IMG/VR virus record: IMGVR_UViG_3300028783_000001
Location: 104,738-168,737 of that record
Strand: one strand, 5' to 3'
DNA: 64,000 nt
Source: a virus
Positions within the stretch are counted from its first letter, which is position 1; the number at the start of each line of letters is the position of its first letter. Both the position numbers and the translations under genes were made by a program. The notes under the pieces are model-generated. The model saw only the letters and a program-made list of their open reading frames with translations. It made no database searches and had not been told where the DNA came from. This document shows, in pieces, positions 20,134-29,688 of this stretch.

Positions 20134-20177
20134 CTACACACGCCGGGAGAAACTCTGAAAGTCATGGTATTGCTCCT
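20130..20177 (-). repeat. upstream duplicate of the sheath RBS and first 9 codons (mini-ORF MTFRVSPGVCR*, 20130..20165)
   Basis: AGGAGCAATACCATGACTTTCAGAGTTTCTCCCGGCGT here versus AGGAGCAACCTCATGACTTTCAGAGTGTCACCCGGCGT at 19071-19108. Confidence 0.9.
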
Positions 20178-20228
20178 GTATTACGTGTGGCTTGGTCTAC
20201 ACCAAGGCTCTCATAAGTTTTAACACCG

Positions 20229-20510
20229 TCAGCGCATGGCACCGATCTCATTGCGGAGCCTTACCGCTTCCTCTGCACTCTTCGGCGGACGGATAGACGG
20301 CTCTGGGATTGGGCGGCTAGGTACGATGGTCGTTGGATCGATCAGCTCTGGCTTGGCATTCTTGTCGACGTGGACGCGCACGTGGTTTGGAACGTGCCAG
20401 CCAAACTTATCAGCTACCCTGACTCGCATGGCCTTAGCTGGAACGTGTACGCTATCGCCGTCAAACGACTTCAGGACAATGGCGTGGTCTTTGGGGTTTG
20501 ATATGATCAT
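20229..20510 (-). CDS. hypothetical protein (probably virion)
   Basis: ORF with AAGGA RBS in the structural operon. Confidence 0.6.
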   Translation of the reverse strand: MIISNPKDHAIVLKSFDGDSVHVPAKAMRVRVADKFGWHVPNHVRVHVDKNAKPELIDPTTIVPSRPIPEPSIRPPKSAEEAVRLRNEIGAMR

Positions 20511-20525
20511 GGTGGGTTCCTTGTT

Positions 20526-20885
20526 TCAGGATAGTGTAATTATGCGCGCGAGGGCGCTTGGGGTTCCGGTGGAGGCAGCGTTGCGGATGTATGGTGCCGC
20601 AAGAGCACTCGATACTACTGCTAGCTGGTTAACTGGAATCTCAACAGTGGCTGCAACTGGCAGGGTCTGCGTCCACCCAAGAATGAGTGATAATTTGGCG
20701 TCGCAGTCAACTACCACGGCAATACCATCTGTAGGAAGGTAGGTGATAGCACCTGGAGCAAGACTCAATACCTGGTCCGAATAGGTCGTGCATGCCCAGT
20801 AAGCCGCGACATTACCGATTAGACGGCGCGCAAGACGCTCGGCAATCTCAATCGTGGAGCGCATGGTAAACGTCGGTCCAGACAA
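20526..20885 (-). CDS. hypothetical virion protein
   Basis: TTG start after GAGGAG; in frame with the ORF-track call 20526..21122. Confidence 0.55.
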   Translation of the reverse strand: MSGPTFTMRSTIEIAERLARRLIGNVAAYWACTTYSDQVLSLAPGAITYLPTDGIAVVVDCDAKLSLILGWTQTLPVAATVEIPVNQLAVVSSALAAPYIRNAASTGTPSALARIITLS

Positions 20886-20934
20886 GTGCAGTCTCCTCAG
20901 TAGTTGGGCTCGTACTTCAAATTGGTCGGAACTG

Positions 20935-21681
20935 CTAATACTCTGGTTCGTTGACGACCTTGGTAAAGTTTTGCTCAGCAACCACGATGCCATTCTCTGG
21001 ATTCGCGATGACTTCGAGGAAGTTTTGCTCGGTGACCTTGATATTGGGCTTGAGAATATTGACCGTATGTTCGATGACGCGGATAGATGGACAGCGCCAT
21101 AGGAAGCCTGAGTATGCTTCAACCTTGAGATTGGTCGTAAGTTTGAACTGATCTGAGCCTCCAGCGCCAGGTGCTGGTGTAGGAACGGTGACAGTCTTGT
21201 CCATGGTGAGCTTAATCTTGAAACTCAGCTTCGTTGACTCAGTGGCCAGGGTAAACGCTAAATTCTCCGTGGACATCCAGCGGTCGATCATGCGTAGCAT
21301 GGTGAGGATGTCGTCGGTTAAAAACGTTGCCTGGAATGTCATCAGGACCGGAGCAACCTTAGCCATGATCCAGTAGTCGCGCGTATCGTCTACCTGCATC
21401 GGATAGCCGTGCTGACGCATGGCGGTTGGATTGAAGCTGCCAGTATTTGGCTCGACCTGCATTATGCTCACACCGATGACGGGTAGCGCAAGCGGCTTCT
21501 CCTGCTGCAGTATCATGCGTTCCAATGCATCAGGATTCGCGACTGGAATTACCTGGATGTCCTTCGGACCGATGATCTTGCTCTGAGCAGAGTACATCTT
21601 CTTAATGACGGCGAGCACGCCCTCCCAGCTCTCCACAAATAGTGGAGCACGTTCTACGCGAGGGGTTCCCTCGGTGGTCAC
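20935..21681 (-). CDS. putative neck / tail terminator protein
   Basis: LALPVIGVS..PVLMTFQATF pattern reminiscent of gp15-like proteins; lies between capsid and sheath. Confidence 0.5.
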   Translation of the reverse strand: MTTEGTPRVERAPLFVESWEGVLAVIKKMYSAQSKIIGPKDIQVIPVANPDALERMILQQEKPLALPVIGVSIMQVEPNTGSFNPTAMRQHGYPMQVDDTRDYWIMAKVAPVLMTFQATFLTDDILTMLRMIDRWMSTENLAFTLATESTKLSFKIKLTMDKTVTVPTPAPGAGGSDQFKLTTNLKVEAYSGFLWRCPSIRVIEHTVNILKPNIKVTEQNFLEVIANPENGIVVAEQNFTKVVNEPEY

Positions 21682-22157
21682 GTGAACCTGCGAAAGTTTG
21701 TAATAGCGCGACGCGCAACCCGCTCAGTATCCGCAACGAAGGTGGCTATTCCGCTGGTTGCCTGGAGGTTTGGTGCACCGGCGTCTTGCTCTTCCTCTGG
21801 CTGATCCTCTACGTGGTCGTGGTCCACCAGTCCCTCATCAGCTGGGTTTGACGCATCAGAATCCTCGTCAACTGGATCTGCTGAGTCGTCATCGTAAGTT
21901 TCGTCGGGTATCTGCGGATCGACGGGTGCGCCGTCGTTGTTCAACACCTCAGGATCGTTGCCCATCATCTCAGCGTCGTCAATCTCTTGCCGAATAGCGG
22001 CGGTCAGTGCGTTGAAGAATGGGCCCGCCTTTGGGTGCGTCAGGACCTTAATGGCCAGCTCAACAGCCCTACCCAGCGCGGCGTCATCACCAGACGCAAT
22101 GGCGGCGAGTGCTGCCTTGCGTGATACGATTAGCATGTCTGCGATTGGGTGCGGCAT
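21678..22157 (-). CDS. acidic hypothetical protein
   Basis: RBS GAGG; GTGA overlap with the next gene. Confidence 0.6.
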   Translation of the reverse strand: MPHPIADMLIVSRKAALAAIASGDDAALGRAVELAIKVLTHPKAGPFFNALTAAIRQEIDDAEMMGNDPEVLNNDGAPVDPQIPDETYDDDSADPVDEDSDASNPADEGLVDHDHVEDQPEEEQDAGAPNLQATSGIATFVADTERVARRAITNFRRFT

Positions 22158-22166
22158 TATTAGTCC

Positions 22167-23129
22167 TCACTTAAGGGTATTGGCATCTTCGTTTCTAGAT
22201 GTCATATAGCGAGCCCACTCGCGCTCCAACGGTGGATTTGATCCAGAAAACTCCACGACGCCGTAGGTGTTGCGCTTTAGATCGCGATGCGGGTCGAAGT
22301 CGTATTTCAAGAACATTCCCCAGCGAGCATTGTAACCACGATCAACCTTGCGACCGTGAAATGGGTGGTCAATGAGCTCGTCCACAAAGCCAATCTTCTT
22401 GTTGACCTGCGCACAGGCGCGCTCCTGCCAGGTCATAACTGCATCGTGGTAATTTTTATTCGTTCCAGGTGGCATGGACATCTCGGCGTCGCCTATTAGC
22501 CCAAGAGCCATGTGATGGTCTCCCGCACCTACACCACCGATGTCAAATAGCCCACCAATCATGTCTAGGATGCTTCGTAGCCAGCCCCATGCAAATCCGG
22601 GATGCGGATAGTCGTAGGGGCTGTTGGTCAACTGTAGCGTCTTGGTGTCAAACGTTGGAACTACCGGATGACCAGCGTGATACTGAGATGCAAAGCTCTT
22701 GTAGCTGGCAAGCAGCTCGTTGTTTGGCCCGAGATCGTGTACGACGCTCCATGGCTGAACCACGGGGTAGAGATCTAATGCATGGATTGTCTTGGTCGCC
22801 CAACCAGCGTTGCGCCACTTGATATCGGCGTCGGCGGTAACGATGTGCTGCGCGTCGTGAGGCAATCGGTTAATACCAAGAGTCATCAACGATTCCTTGC
22901 ACCACGCCTGAGTGGTGGCTTTAACCTGAACGTAGTTTACACGCTCATGTGCGCCAAGATCGGCTAGCTCATACTCACGAGATCCGTGCGCGCATTCGAC
23001 TAGCGTAACTCGGACGTTTGGCTCTCGCAGCCATGACTGGACTGCTTCACGAGCTAGGCGGATGCGGCTCTCCCACCCAACGGGATTTGATACGACGGTG
23101 ACGACATCTAAGATACAGTGGCTTGACAT
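22167..23129 (-). CDS. putative GT-A-fold glycosyltransferase
   Basis: VTLVE, WCKESL..LG, TADADI (DxD), HPGFAW, GGLFD..GAGDH motifs. Confidence 0.55.
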   Translation of the reverse strand: MSSHCILDVVTVVSNPVGWESRIRLAREAVQSWLREPNVRVTLVECAHGSREYELADLGAHERVNYVQVKATTQAWCKESLMTLGINRLPHDAQHIVTADADIKWRNAGWATKTIHALDLYPVVQPWSVVHDLGPNNELLASYKSFASQYHAGHPVVPTFDTKTLQLTNSPYDYPHPGFAWGWLRSILDMIGGLFDIGGVGAGDHHMALGLIGDAEMSMPPGTNKNYHDAVMTWQERACAQVNKKIGFVDELIDHPFHGRKVDRGYNARWGMFLKYDFDPHRDLKRNTYGVVEFSGSNPPLEREWARYMTSRNEDANTLK

Positions 23130-23155
23130 GCGGATTGCCCTTCTGACTAGGAATG

Positions 23156-24211
23156 CTACACGGGAAGGCCAGTAGCCAAGGCTAACTGGTATTTGTCCAT
23201 CTTGATCCATTCAAGTGGAAGCTTAATGCGATGACCCTTTTGATTGTACAAGTGTATTATGAAGCGAAAGCCCTTCTTGATACACTGTCGCGCCTTAGCT
23301 TGATTCTTCTCTAGCAGATGTTCTCCAAAGAACGATCCATCGACGTCGCGATTTAGCCCCATTGTAGCAACGCCTTTGACCTCTATGATCGTGTTCCTTG
23401 ACTTGATATAGAAGTCTGGTGTATAGGTCCGCCAGGTTCCCTCAAACTTGTAACGTATCTTGGGAATCTCAGCATCATGTGCAGTGACTATATCATAGAG
23501 TGGGAATCGTTCGGCGAGCTTACGCAGCGTTATTGGCTCGTGCCCCTGACACGTAAACGTCTCGCCACCTACCTCGACCTTCTTGTTGATACAGAATACG
23601 ACGGGGAAGCATTTCGGGCACCTATTTAAGCCGGCAGTAAGTGACCTTGAACTTCCTTCGTAATCGTAGCCGCACTTATGCCTGATCATTATCCTACGCA
23701 CATGACCATTCTCATTTTTAATTAGACTTGTAACTTGGTAATTGTCGCTTCCGTGAACTTTGTTAACATCAGTTTGAATACCATCAATAGTGAGTTTTCC
23801 TGCACTACCAGACCCGTTGCAGTAAGGGCAACCCCTTGTTAGGTTAAATGAGTCGCGCGTTGTCCTAAACGTCTGGTCGCACGCTACATGTCTATAGGTA
23901 CACTTCGACCCCTTACCTTTGACGAACCTTACTAGCTCGAAGTCGTGTCCGCGCGCGTCCAGTATTTCTGCTCGGTGCATCTCCGGCGTCACTACCATGA
24001 CGCGCTTGTGTTCACAGGGACAGTGGGCTGTGGGATTCTTGCGCATCAAATTCTCTATGCGCACCTTGAACTCGTTTCCGCAGTTATGTCTGACTATGCG
24101 ATAGCCGTCGGCTCCTACGTTGCCAACTATAATATATGTGCCTCTGCCGCGTTTGTCGTCAAGTGCGGCCTGAAGCTGGTTATTGGTACGTGGTTTTGGT
24201 CCGGTCTTCAT
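23156..24211 (-). CDS. putative free-standing homing endonuclease (Zn-ribbon repeats plus PD-(D/E)xK)
   Basis: three RH-x(1-2)-C..CP repeats; YTPDFY..IIEVKG nuclease motif; AT-rich. Confidence 0.7.
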   Translation of the reverse strand: MKTGPKPRTNNQLQAALDDKRGRGTYIIVGNVGADGYRIVRHNCGNEFKVRIENLMRKNPTAHCPCEHKRVMVVTPEMHRAEILDARGHDFELVRFVKGKGSKCTYRHVACDQTFRTTRDSFNLTRGCPYCNGSGSAGKLTIDGIQTDVNKVHGSDNYQVTSLIKNENGHVRRIMIRHKCGYDYEGSSRSLTAGLNRCPKCFPVVFCINKKVEVGGETFTCQGHEPITLRKLAERFPLYDIVTAHDAEIPKIRYKFEGTWRTYTPDFYIKSRNTIIEVKGVATMGLNRDVDGSFFGEHLLEKNQAKARQCIKKGFRFIIHLYNQKGHRIKLPLEWIKMDKYQLALATGLPV

Positions 24212-24234
24212 TACTGATCCAATCTAGCAAGGTT

Positions 24235-24256
24235 GGTGGGGGACGTATCCCCCACC
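24235..24256 (-). terminator. hairpin downstream of the major capsid gene
   Basis: GGTGGGGGA-CGTA-TCCCCCACC inverted repeat. Confidence 0.55.
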
Positions 24257-24283
24257 TCTTGGTAAATTGGTAACACCCGTATC

Positions 24284-25378
24284 CTAGACGCGCATGAACT
24301 TTACAACTGACCGACTGTTCGCGACCGTCTGTGTCAATAATTCGTGAAAAAACCAACCGCGAGCAGGGATGCCATCGGGATAGGTGTCGATTGGCTTGCT
24401 GTTGACTGGACCACGATCGGTGAAGACGCCGTGGTTGACCGGGCTGGACAGGATGTAGCCCGTGTTCGATGCAACAACGCGCTGCATTGGATCGCGGAAG
24501 CCGTCGGTGGTAATGCCCATTCCGAGCAGCGTGCCGAGGAAGCCAGTCTGGACCAACTCGTAACGTGTGACGGGATCGAACAGGTTGCCGAAGGCAGCTG
24601 CGTTGCCTGCGATGTCCGTCCAGAAGTCGGCGGCCAGGAGCAGGTTCTCGGCCGGCAGACCCCAGGTGAGGATCGCGGTGCGAGCAGCGGCGAGGTTTGA
24701 AGGAGTCATGCCGCCGGAGAGCAGGAACATTGGATTGGAAGCACCAACGCTCTTGTCGAGTAGATTGAGATAGGAGCGATCTTCCTGGACGTTGATCTGC
24801 TCGATTGCGCGAGCATAGGTGTCGTCCATGATATCCGCAGCGCCTTGGGCAATATCACGCTCTTCAACGCGAACGTTGCCGAGGATGTAAAACTCTGGCG
24901 GATAGAGATATTTCTGGTTGACAATCTGTGGCTGCACGGTAATTGGCGAGGTAGCGACAATTGCCTGCACGTTTTGGAAGCGAAGCTGCACGCGTGGGAT
25001 AGCCCCGTTTTGCAGTTCACCCTTCTCCATGAAGCGGCGCATGAAGCCCTCACGCGTTGCGGTCTCATAGAGAACCGCTCCGATGGTGGCTCCAGTTTCC
25101 GCCCACGACGCGGTGGTATGGTCGTAGTAGGAGTCCATGAGCAGCTGAGTGCGGTCTGACGCACTCATCGTAGCCGTTTCAGCAACGTCTGGATCAACAA
25201 ACTTGACGCGGCCGCTAGCGACTTCAGCCATCAGCGTGGCGAAGCTCTGCATGGCTTCGACGTTGCTGCCGGCGTTCATCTCACCGTTCCCGCCGAACCA
25301 GCGCTCGTTTGAGCCTGGACGACGCGATGCTAGGGCCGGTGTCGCCCCACCAGATTTCTTCATGATATTGATAGTCAT
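24284..25378 (-). CDS. major capsid protein (HK97 fold)
   Basis: 364 aa; REGFMRR, YLYPPEF, EQINVQEDR, GFLGTLLG, GVFTDRGP, RGWFFHE motifs; strong AAGGAG RBS; follows the scaffold and decoration genes. Confidence 0.85.
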   Translation of the reverse strand: MTINIMKKSGGATPALASRRPGSNERWFGGNGEMNAGSNVEAMQSFATLMAEVASGRVKFVDPDVAETATMSASDRTQLLMDSYYDHTTASWAETGATIGAVLYETATREGFMRRFMEKGELQNGAIPRVQLRFQNVQAIVATSPITVQPQIVNQKYLYPPEFYILGNVRVEERDIAQGAADIMDDTYARAIEQINVQEDRSYLNLLDKSVGASNPMFLLSGGMTPSNLAAARTAILTWGLPAENLLLAADFWTDIAGNAAAFGNLFDPVTRYELVQTGFLGTLLGMGITTDGFRDPMQRVVASNTGYILSSPVNHGVFTDRGPVNSKPIDTYPDGIPARGWFFHELLTQTVANSRSVVKFMRV

Positions 25379-25437
25379 AGGTCATTCTCCTTGATGGGCG
25401 CGACGCGCCGCTTACGATGTTAGCTACGCGTAGACTA

Positions 25438-26211
25438 TTAGATTAGTTCTAGGACGAGCCACGGAACTAGGAAGGTTGGGACTGCCGTAACAATTACGTT
25501 TGCAGGAACGAATCCGGCAGCGCTAGCTCCACCACCATCCGCGCTAGTGAATAGGCCATTTGCAATGCACTTGACCTTTGGGGTATTAGCAACGGACCAG
25601 TTAGCAAGCGGATCGAAGCAGTTGGTGGCAACAATACCGTTGCTGATTACACCAGTACGACCAAGCTGATCCAGCTGAGTCCAACCTGGGTATGAGTCGC
25701 CATACTTGACGGACTCTTGCGTCAGGGTCATCGTGTACTGGTAGGTAATGTTGAAGGTAACGCCAACGTGGGTCGAGTCGAAGGTTAGTGAGGTCAGGCC
25801 GGTAGCGGCGTCGGTGCCGTACTGGATATTAGTCGAAGATGCGGCAGAAGATGACACGGTAACCATCGCGTTGGTGGCTAGGTCGAATGCGCCGATTAGC
25901 GCGGTGTTGCTTGTGGTATGCGAAAGCAGCACTACATATGGTGACGCAGGAACTACAACCTGGTCAATGAAGGTATCGATCAAAAACTCCTTCTTGGGAG
26001 CAATAGCGATGCCGTTGAACACGTCGGTGGTCGTGCCATCGGTGTACTTCACCTTGCCGACCATTCCAGGGTAGTTTATGTCGAGGTTGCTGGTGCTCGC
26101 TTCGAGGATGCCGGCAAGTCCCATGCCTGAGCGCAGAGCAGCCTGACTTGCGGTCGCCACGTTGCGCTCAAACGAGATTGCGTGGTTGGATAGTGTCCAG
26201 TTAATGGCCAT
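25438..26211 (-). CDS. putative capsid decoration/cement protein
   Basis: beta-rich; lies between scaffold and MCP; AGGAG RBS. Confidence 0.55.
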   Translation of the reverse strand: MAINWTLSNHAISFERNVATASQAALRSGMGLAGILEASTSNLDINYPGMVGKVKYTDGTTTDVFNGIAIAPKKEFLIDTFIDQVVVPASPYVVLLSHTTSNTALIGAFDLATNAMVTVSSSAASSTNIQYGTDAATGLTSLTFDSTHVGVTFNITYQYTMTLTQESVKYGDSYPGWTQLDQLGRTGVISNGIVATNCFDPLANWSVANTPKVKCIANGLFTSADGGGASAAGFVPANVIVTAVPTFLVPWLVLELI

Positions 26212-26242
26212 GGTATGTTCTCTCCTGATGTTTATATTTGGT

Positions 26243-26264
26243 GGGGTCGGTTTCTGCCGACCCC
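26243..26264 (-). terminator. hairpin after the scaffold gene
   Basis: GGGGTCGG..CCGACCCC inverted repeat. Confidence 0.45.
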
Positions 26265-26276
26265 CGTCTTCACGTG

Positions 26277-28466
26277 TTACCTTCCGATGCTACGAAGTGC
26301 CAGGCGAACGCGCGAGGACGTATCCCCACTATCGGTACCTGGGCCAGCCACCACACTCGAAGTAAATGTGGTCGATGCTACCGTACGGCTGCCCTTCACG
26401 AGATTGTCAGAGAGACCGACCGACGGGTCGATGTCTCGTGACTGAAAGGCAGCCTTTGCAACAAAGTTCGCGGCCTCGTTACGGGCTGCGTCGGGTTTGG
26501 CAGCGAGTTCATCCGCATAGGCGAATACACCCGTCACCAGTTCGTCGACGCAGGACGCGAATGCCTTGTCGACGATGGTCCGGGATTCGTGAACCCCGAG
26601 CTTGGCAAGGTCTGCAACCAGACGGTCGCGGACCGGATTCTTTAATTCAGGGACAACGCCCTTGATGGCGGCGAGCAGCGTGGTGCGAAGTGCCTGCTGA
26701 TGACGCTCTACCGACTTGCTAGCCAGCTTCTGAGCATTCTCGCTTGACAACTCAGACGAGCGGCGCATTGCTGTTCGGATTGCATCGGTTCCAGTAACGC
26801 GGTAGCGAGTTGGTGTGAAGCCAAACTCCTTTGCGTCGGCGGCACGCAGACCATTGCGTGCAACGTGAAGGAATGAAGTCTCTAGTGTAGCCGTCTCCCA
26901 GATCGCGTTGACGCCTGCGGAAGCCTTGGCGCGAATCAGGCGAGCAACGGGACGCCCACCAGATACGACCCAGCGGTCATCCGTCTGCTTTGAAGCAACC
27001 AGTTCAATCGGTGCACTACGCCAGTCGACTAGCGAGTCGCCAGACAGCTCATCGTTGTGTAGGTTCTCATCGATAGTGGTATCGGGTGGGAACTCACCAT
27101 CGTCAGCTGTAAAGTCGGTGCCGGGAGTGATGCTGTCACCACCTGGGCCGAGGTTCACTTCGCCGTCGATGTCTTCGCCGGTACCTGGGGTAACGTCGTC
27201 CATGCGGTCCATGGTCACGTCGGAGTTTAAGTTGTTCTCAAGACCGAGTGGATCCACCATCTCTGCAGCGGTAGCGCTCTTGGGATACTTAATCCCACGA
27301 CGTGAATACTCGTTGCGAACAAACTTGGCGAGTGCTGCAACCACCTCCTGGTCCTCACCAATGTCCTCACCCATGTCGTCATCGATTGGGGACTCACCCG
27401 CACCATCGTCAACGATGTCGTCGGCACCAGGCTCTGTTCCGATTCCATCCTCACCGAGCCCATCGAGGTCGTCGGCTACTGCCATACGCTTGCGAATAAT
27501 TCGACGTAGCTTTGATGCAGCTTCCTGGACCTCAGTATCAACATCACCATCTTCGGCATCTTCAGTAGCTGCAGCGGCTAAGCGGCGCTTGATCCGACGA
27601 CGCAGAAAAGCAATGGCTGCCAAGTCCTCGTCGTCACCTACCATGTCTGGGTCGGCTGCTGGGAGATCACCCTCACCATCATCACCTAGTCCCTCATCGC
27701 CACCAGCGTCAACGTCGGCGTCGTCGCCAGTAAAGTCGGGATCGACTTCATCACCTTCGTCGCCCATATCTTCACCGTCCGCGCCGTCAATACCCTGGAT
27801 CTCGTCATCGGTTCCGATGTCATTCTCTTCATCGAAGGCTACGGCGGCGCGGCGCTTGGAACGTCTCACGCTAGCTACTAGCGCAGCAACAGCGTCTTCT
27901 GTCTCTGGGGAATCTTCTTCATCATCCATCCCAGCATCCTCATCGCCTTCATCGAGGTCACCCTCATCGCCTTCATCGAGGTCACCCTCATCGTCGCCGA
28001 AGTCGGGCTCCTCATCACCTTCCTCACCACCGATGTCGTCGTCACCGTAGTCTTCATCCTCAGGAACGTCGTCTCCACCGGTGTATTCTTCTGCCAGTGC
28101 TTTGACTAGCTGCATGGTGTCAATCCTTGGTTGGAAGCTGGAGGTGCAGACCGGGCAATGGATTTCCTCGCCGGCAGCCTCAATAACGTCGGCAAGTGAT
28201 GCTGATGCTACCAGCTTCGAATGGCAGTGAGCGCAGGTTCCAACGCTAACAAATGCGTTTTTGATCTGGCGCTGGGTGATGGTCTCCTTGCGAGAAGATG
28301 CCACTTGCATCTGTTCACCGTCTACAGGGCTAAACGGCACCTGTGAGGCCAAACTAATTAGGCGATCACCAGATTCGGTGCGGTACGCAGCAACTTCTAC
28401 GGAGCCCCCAGCTGGTGCCGCGAACAGCACCGGTGTTGCAGTGCTCTTTAGATTCAATCTTGACAT
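26277..28466 (-). CDS. putative prohead scaffold/core protein (N-terminal Zn finger, highly acidic)
   Basis: CAHC..HCPVC; long D/E tracts alternating with basic helices; upstream of MCP. Confidence 0.65.
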   Translation of the reverse strand: MSRLNLKSTATPVLFAAPAGGSVEVAAYRTESGDRLISLASQVPFSPVDGEQMQVASSRKETITQRQIKNAFVSVGTCAHCHSKLVASASLADVIEAAGEEIHCPVCTSSFQPRIDTMQLVKALAEEYTGGDDVPEDEDYGDDDIGGEEGDEEPDFGDDEGDLDEGDEGDLDEGDEDAGMDDEEDSPETEDAVAALVASVRRSKRRAAVAFDEENDIGTDDEIQGIDGADGEDMGDEGDEVDPDFTGDDADVDAGGDEGLGDDGEGDLPAADPDMVGDDEDLAAIAFLRRRIKRRLAAAATEDAEDGDVDTEVQEAASKLRRIIRKRMAVADDLDGLGEDGIGTEPGADDIVDDGAGESPIDDDMGEDIGEDQEVVAALAKFVRNEYSRRGIKYPKSATAAEMVDPLGLENNLNSDVTMDRMDDVTPGTGEDIDGEVNLGPGGDSITPGTDFTADDGEFPPDTTIDENLHNDELSGDSLVDWRSAPIELVASKQTDDRWVVSGGRPVARLIRAKASAGVNAIWETATLETSFLHVARNGLRAADAKEFGFTPTRYRVTGTDAIRTAMRRSSELSSENAQKLASKSVERHQQALRTTLLAAIKGVVPELKNPVRDRLVADLAKLGVHESRTIVDKAFASCVDELVTGVFAYADELAAKPDAARNEAANFVAKAAFQSRDIDPSVGLSDNLVKGSRTVASTTFTSSVVAGPGTDSGDTSSRVRLALRSIGR
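27938..27993. repeat. 24-bp tandem repeat (about 2.3 copies) encoding DEGDLDEG
   Basis: CCTCATCGCCTTCATCGAGGTCAC repeated. Confidence 0.85.
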
Positions 28467-28663
28467 CAGTGCTCTCCACGGTGGTTGGCTCATTATCGAG
28501 CCTGAGTGTTCGTGTGGGTATGATCTCGTGGCAATGTAATGCCAACTGTGATTCCGTTAGGATGCACGCGCGGCGGCTTCCATGTATTAAATTGAATCTG
28601 AACGTAATGTAGCATTTAGAGTATGCACGGTTAGTAAAGATTTATTGGATTGGGAGAGCATTA

Positions 28664-29233
28664 ATGAGAGTGATGGGCATCGACCCTGGAGTCACAAACT
28701 TTGCAGTCGTCGTAATTGACGGTCACGACGTCGTGTATGCACGGATGATACAAAACACGATCCATTCTATGGCTCGTGCGTGTTACGAGGAGCGTGCATT
28801 GCATAGGGATTCCATGCGCAAGCTCATGAAACATACGCGTCCCGATGTGTTATTGTTGGAACAGTTTGCCGTCCGTGGATTCGGCACGCAGCTTACGGAG
28901 GTCATAAATATAATGATCGGTGGAATACAGATGCTGTGTGATTCTGAAGGAGTTGCCGAGAATGCTGTTATGGCATCTACGTGGAAGAAGTGCTTCAAGC
29001 AGATCGGTGACCTAGATGCGCTCTACTCCCACGCCAAGCTGCTAAACATGGAGCACCACGTAGTGGACGCTCTTTGCATAGCCTTCTTTATGAAAAACAA
29101 CTTTGGATTCATAAAGGCGGACTGGAGACGGATAAAGAAGGGTTTGGAGGTATGCCGCATGTGGCTACTGAAAAATTCGGTTACGCATGTGAGGATTCCC
29201 AAGCCTAAGAAAAAGAAGGCGCGCGCGAAGTGA
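28664..29233 (+). CDS. ruvC: RuvC-like Holliday junction resolvase
   Basis: VMGIDPG, LLEQ, WKK, HVVDA catalytic pattern. Confidence 0.85.
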   Translation: MRVMGIDPGVTNFAVVVIDGHDVVYARMIQNTIHSMARACYEERALHRDSMRKLMKHTRPDVLLLEQFAVRGFGTQLTEVINIMIGGIQMLCDSEGVAENAVMASTWKKCFKQIGDLDALYSHAKLLNMEHHVVDALCIAFFMKNNFGFIKADWRRIKKGLEVCRMWLLKNSVTHVRIPKPKKKKARAK

Positions 29234-29688
29234 AGTGCTTAGTAGAGCCCTTGATGGAGGTTGGTGATCCCTGTAGCATATCTAGCTGCTGGATGCACAA
29301 CTCCCGCGCACTTGGCAACTGCATGATTCACGACAGTGGTCATACGGAGATTACCAAGTTTGACATAGCACGGATAAACGGCATCAAAGAGCGCGCCGCT
29401 CAGGAGATGGTGGATGCTGGAAAGGACAAGCTGGCACTGTGGCTCAAGCTAGTAGACGCGGCCGAGTGCATCCCGTTGGGTAGTGGATGCGGAAAATGTG
29501 GCCGGGTCAATTGCGCTGGGGATGGAACCTGCCAGCGCGTCGAGAATAAAATTGTTGAAATATCAAAACGAACACCGTTGGCGGACGTCGTGGAGATGAA
29601 CGCCGAGAAGTGGCGTGGTTTGATGACAGACCACGCATTGCTACTGCAGCAGGTGCTGCGAATGTTGGAGAGACCAGATGGTAAATGA
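29230..29688 (+). CDS. Cys-rich hypothetical protein with a possible HTH
   Basis: ITKFDIARINGIKERAAQEM helix-turn-helix-like segment; two Cys clusters. Confidence 0.55.
   Translation: MKCLVEPLMEVGDPCSISSCWMHNSRALGNCMIHDSGHTEITKFDIARINGIKERAAQEMVDAGKDKLALWLKLVDAAECIPLGSGCGKCGRVNCAGDGTCQRVENKIVEISKRTPLADVVEMNAEKWRGLMTDHALLLQQVLRMLERPDGK

Noticed and set aside
27938-27993. Possible CRISPR array or regulatory repeat
   Set aside because: It is an in-frame coding tandem repeat without spacers; no CRISPR array or cas gene is visible in the window.
26908-28050. 380-aa Ser-rich plus-strand ORF
   Set aside because: It is the antisense shadow of the acidic scaffold (GAN codons read as Ser on the other strand).
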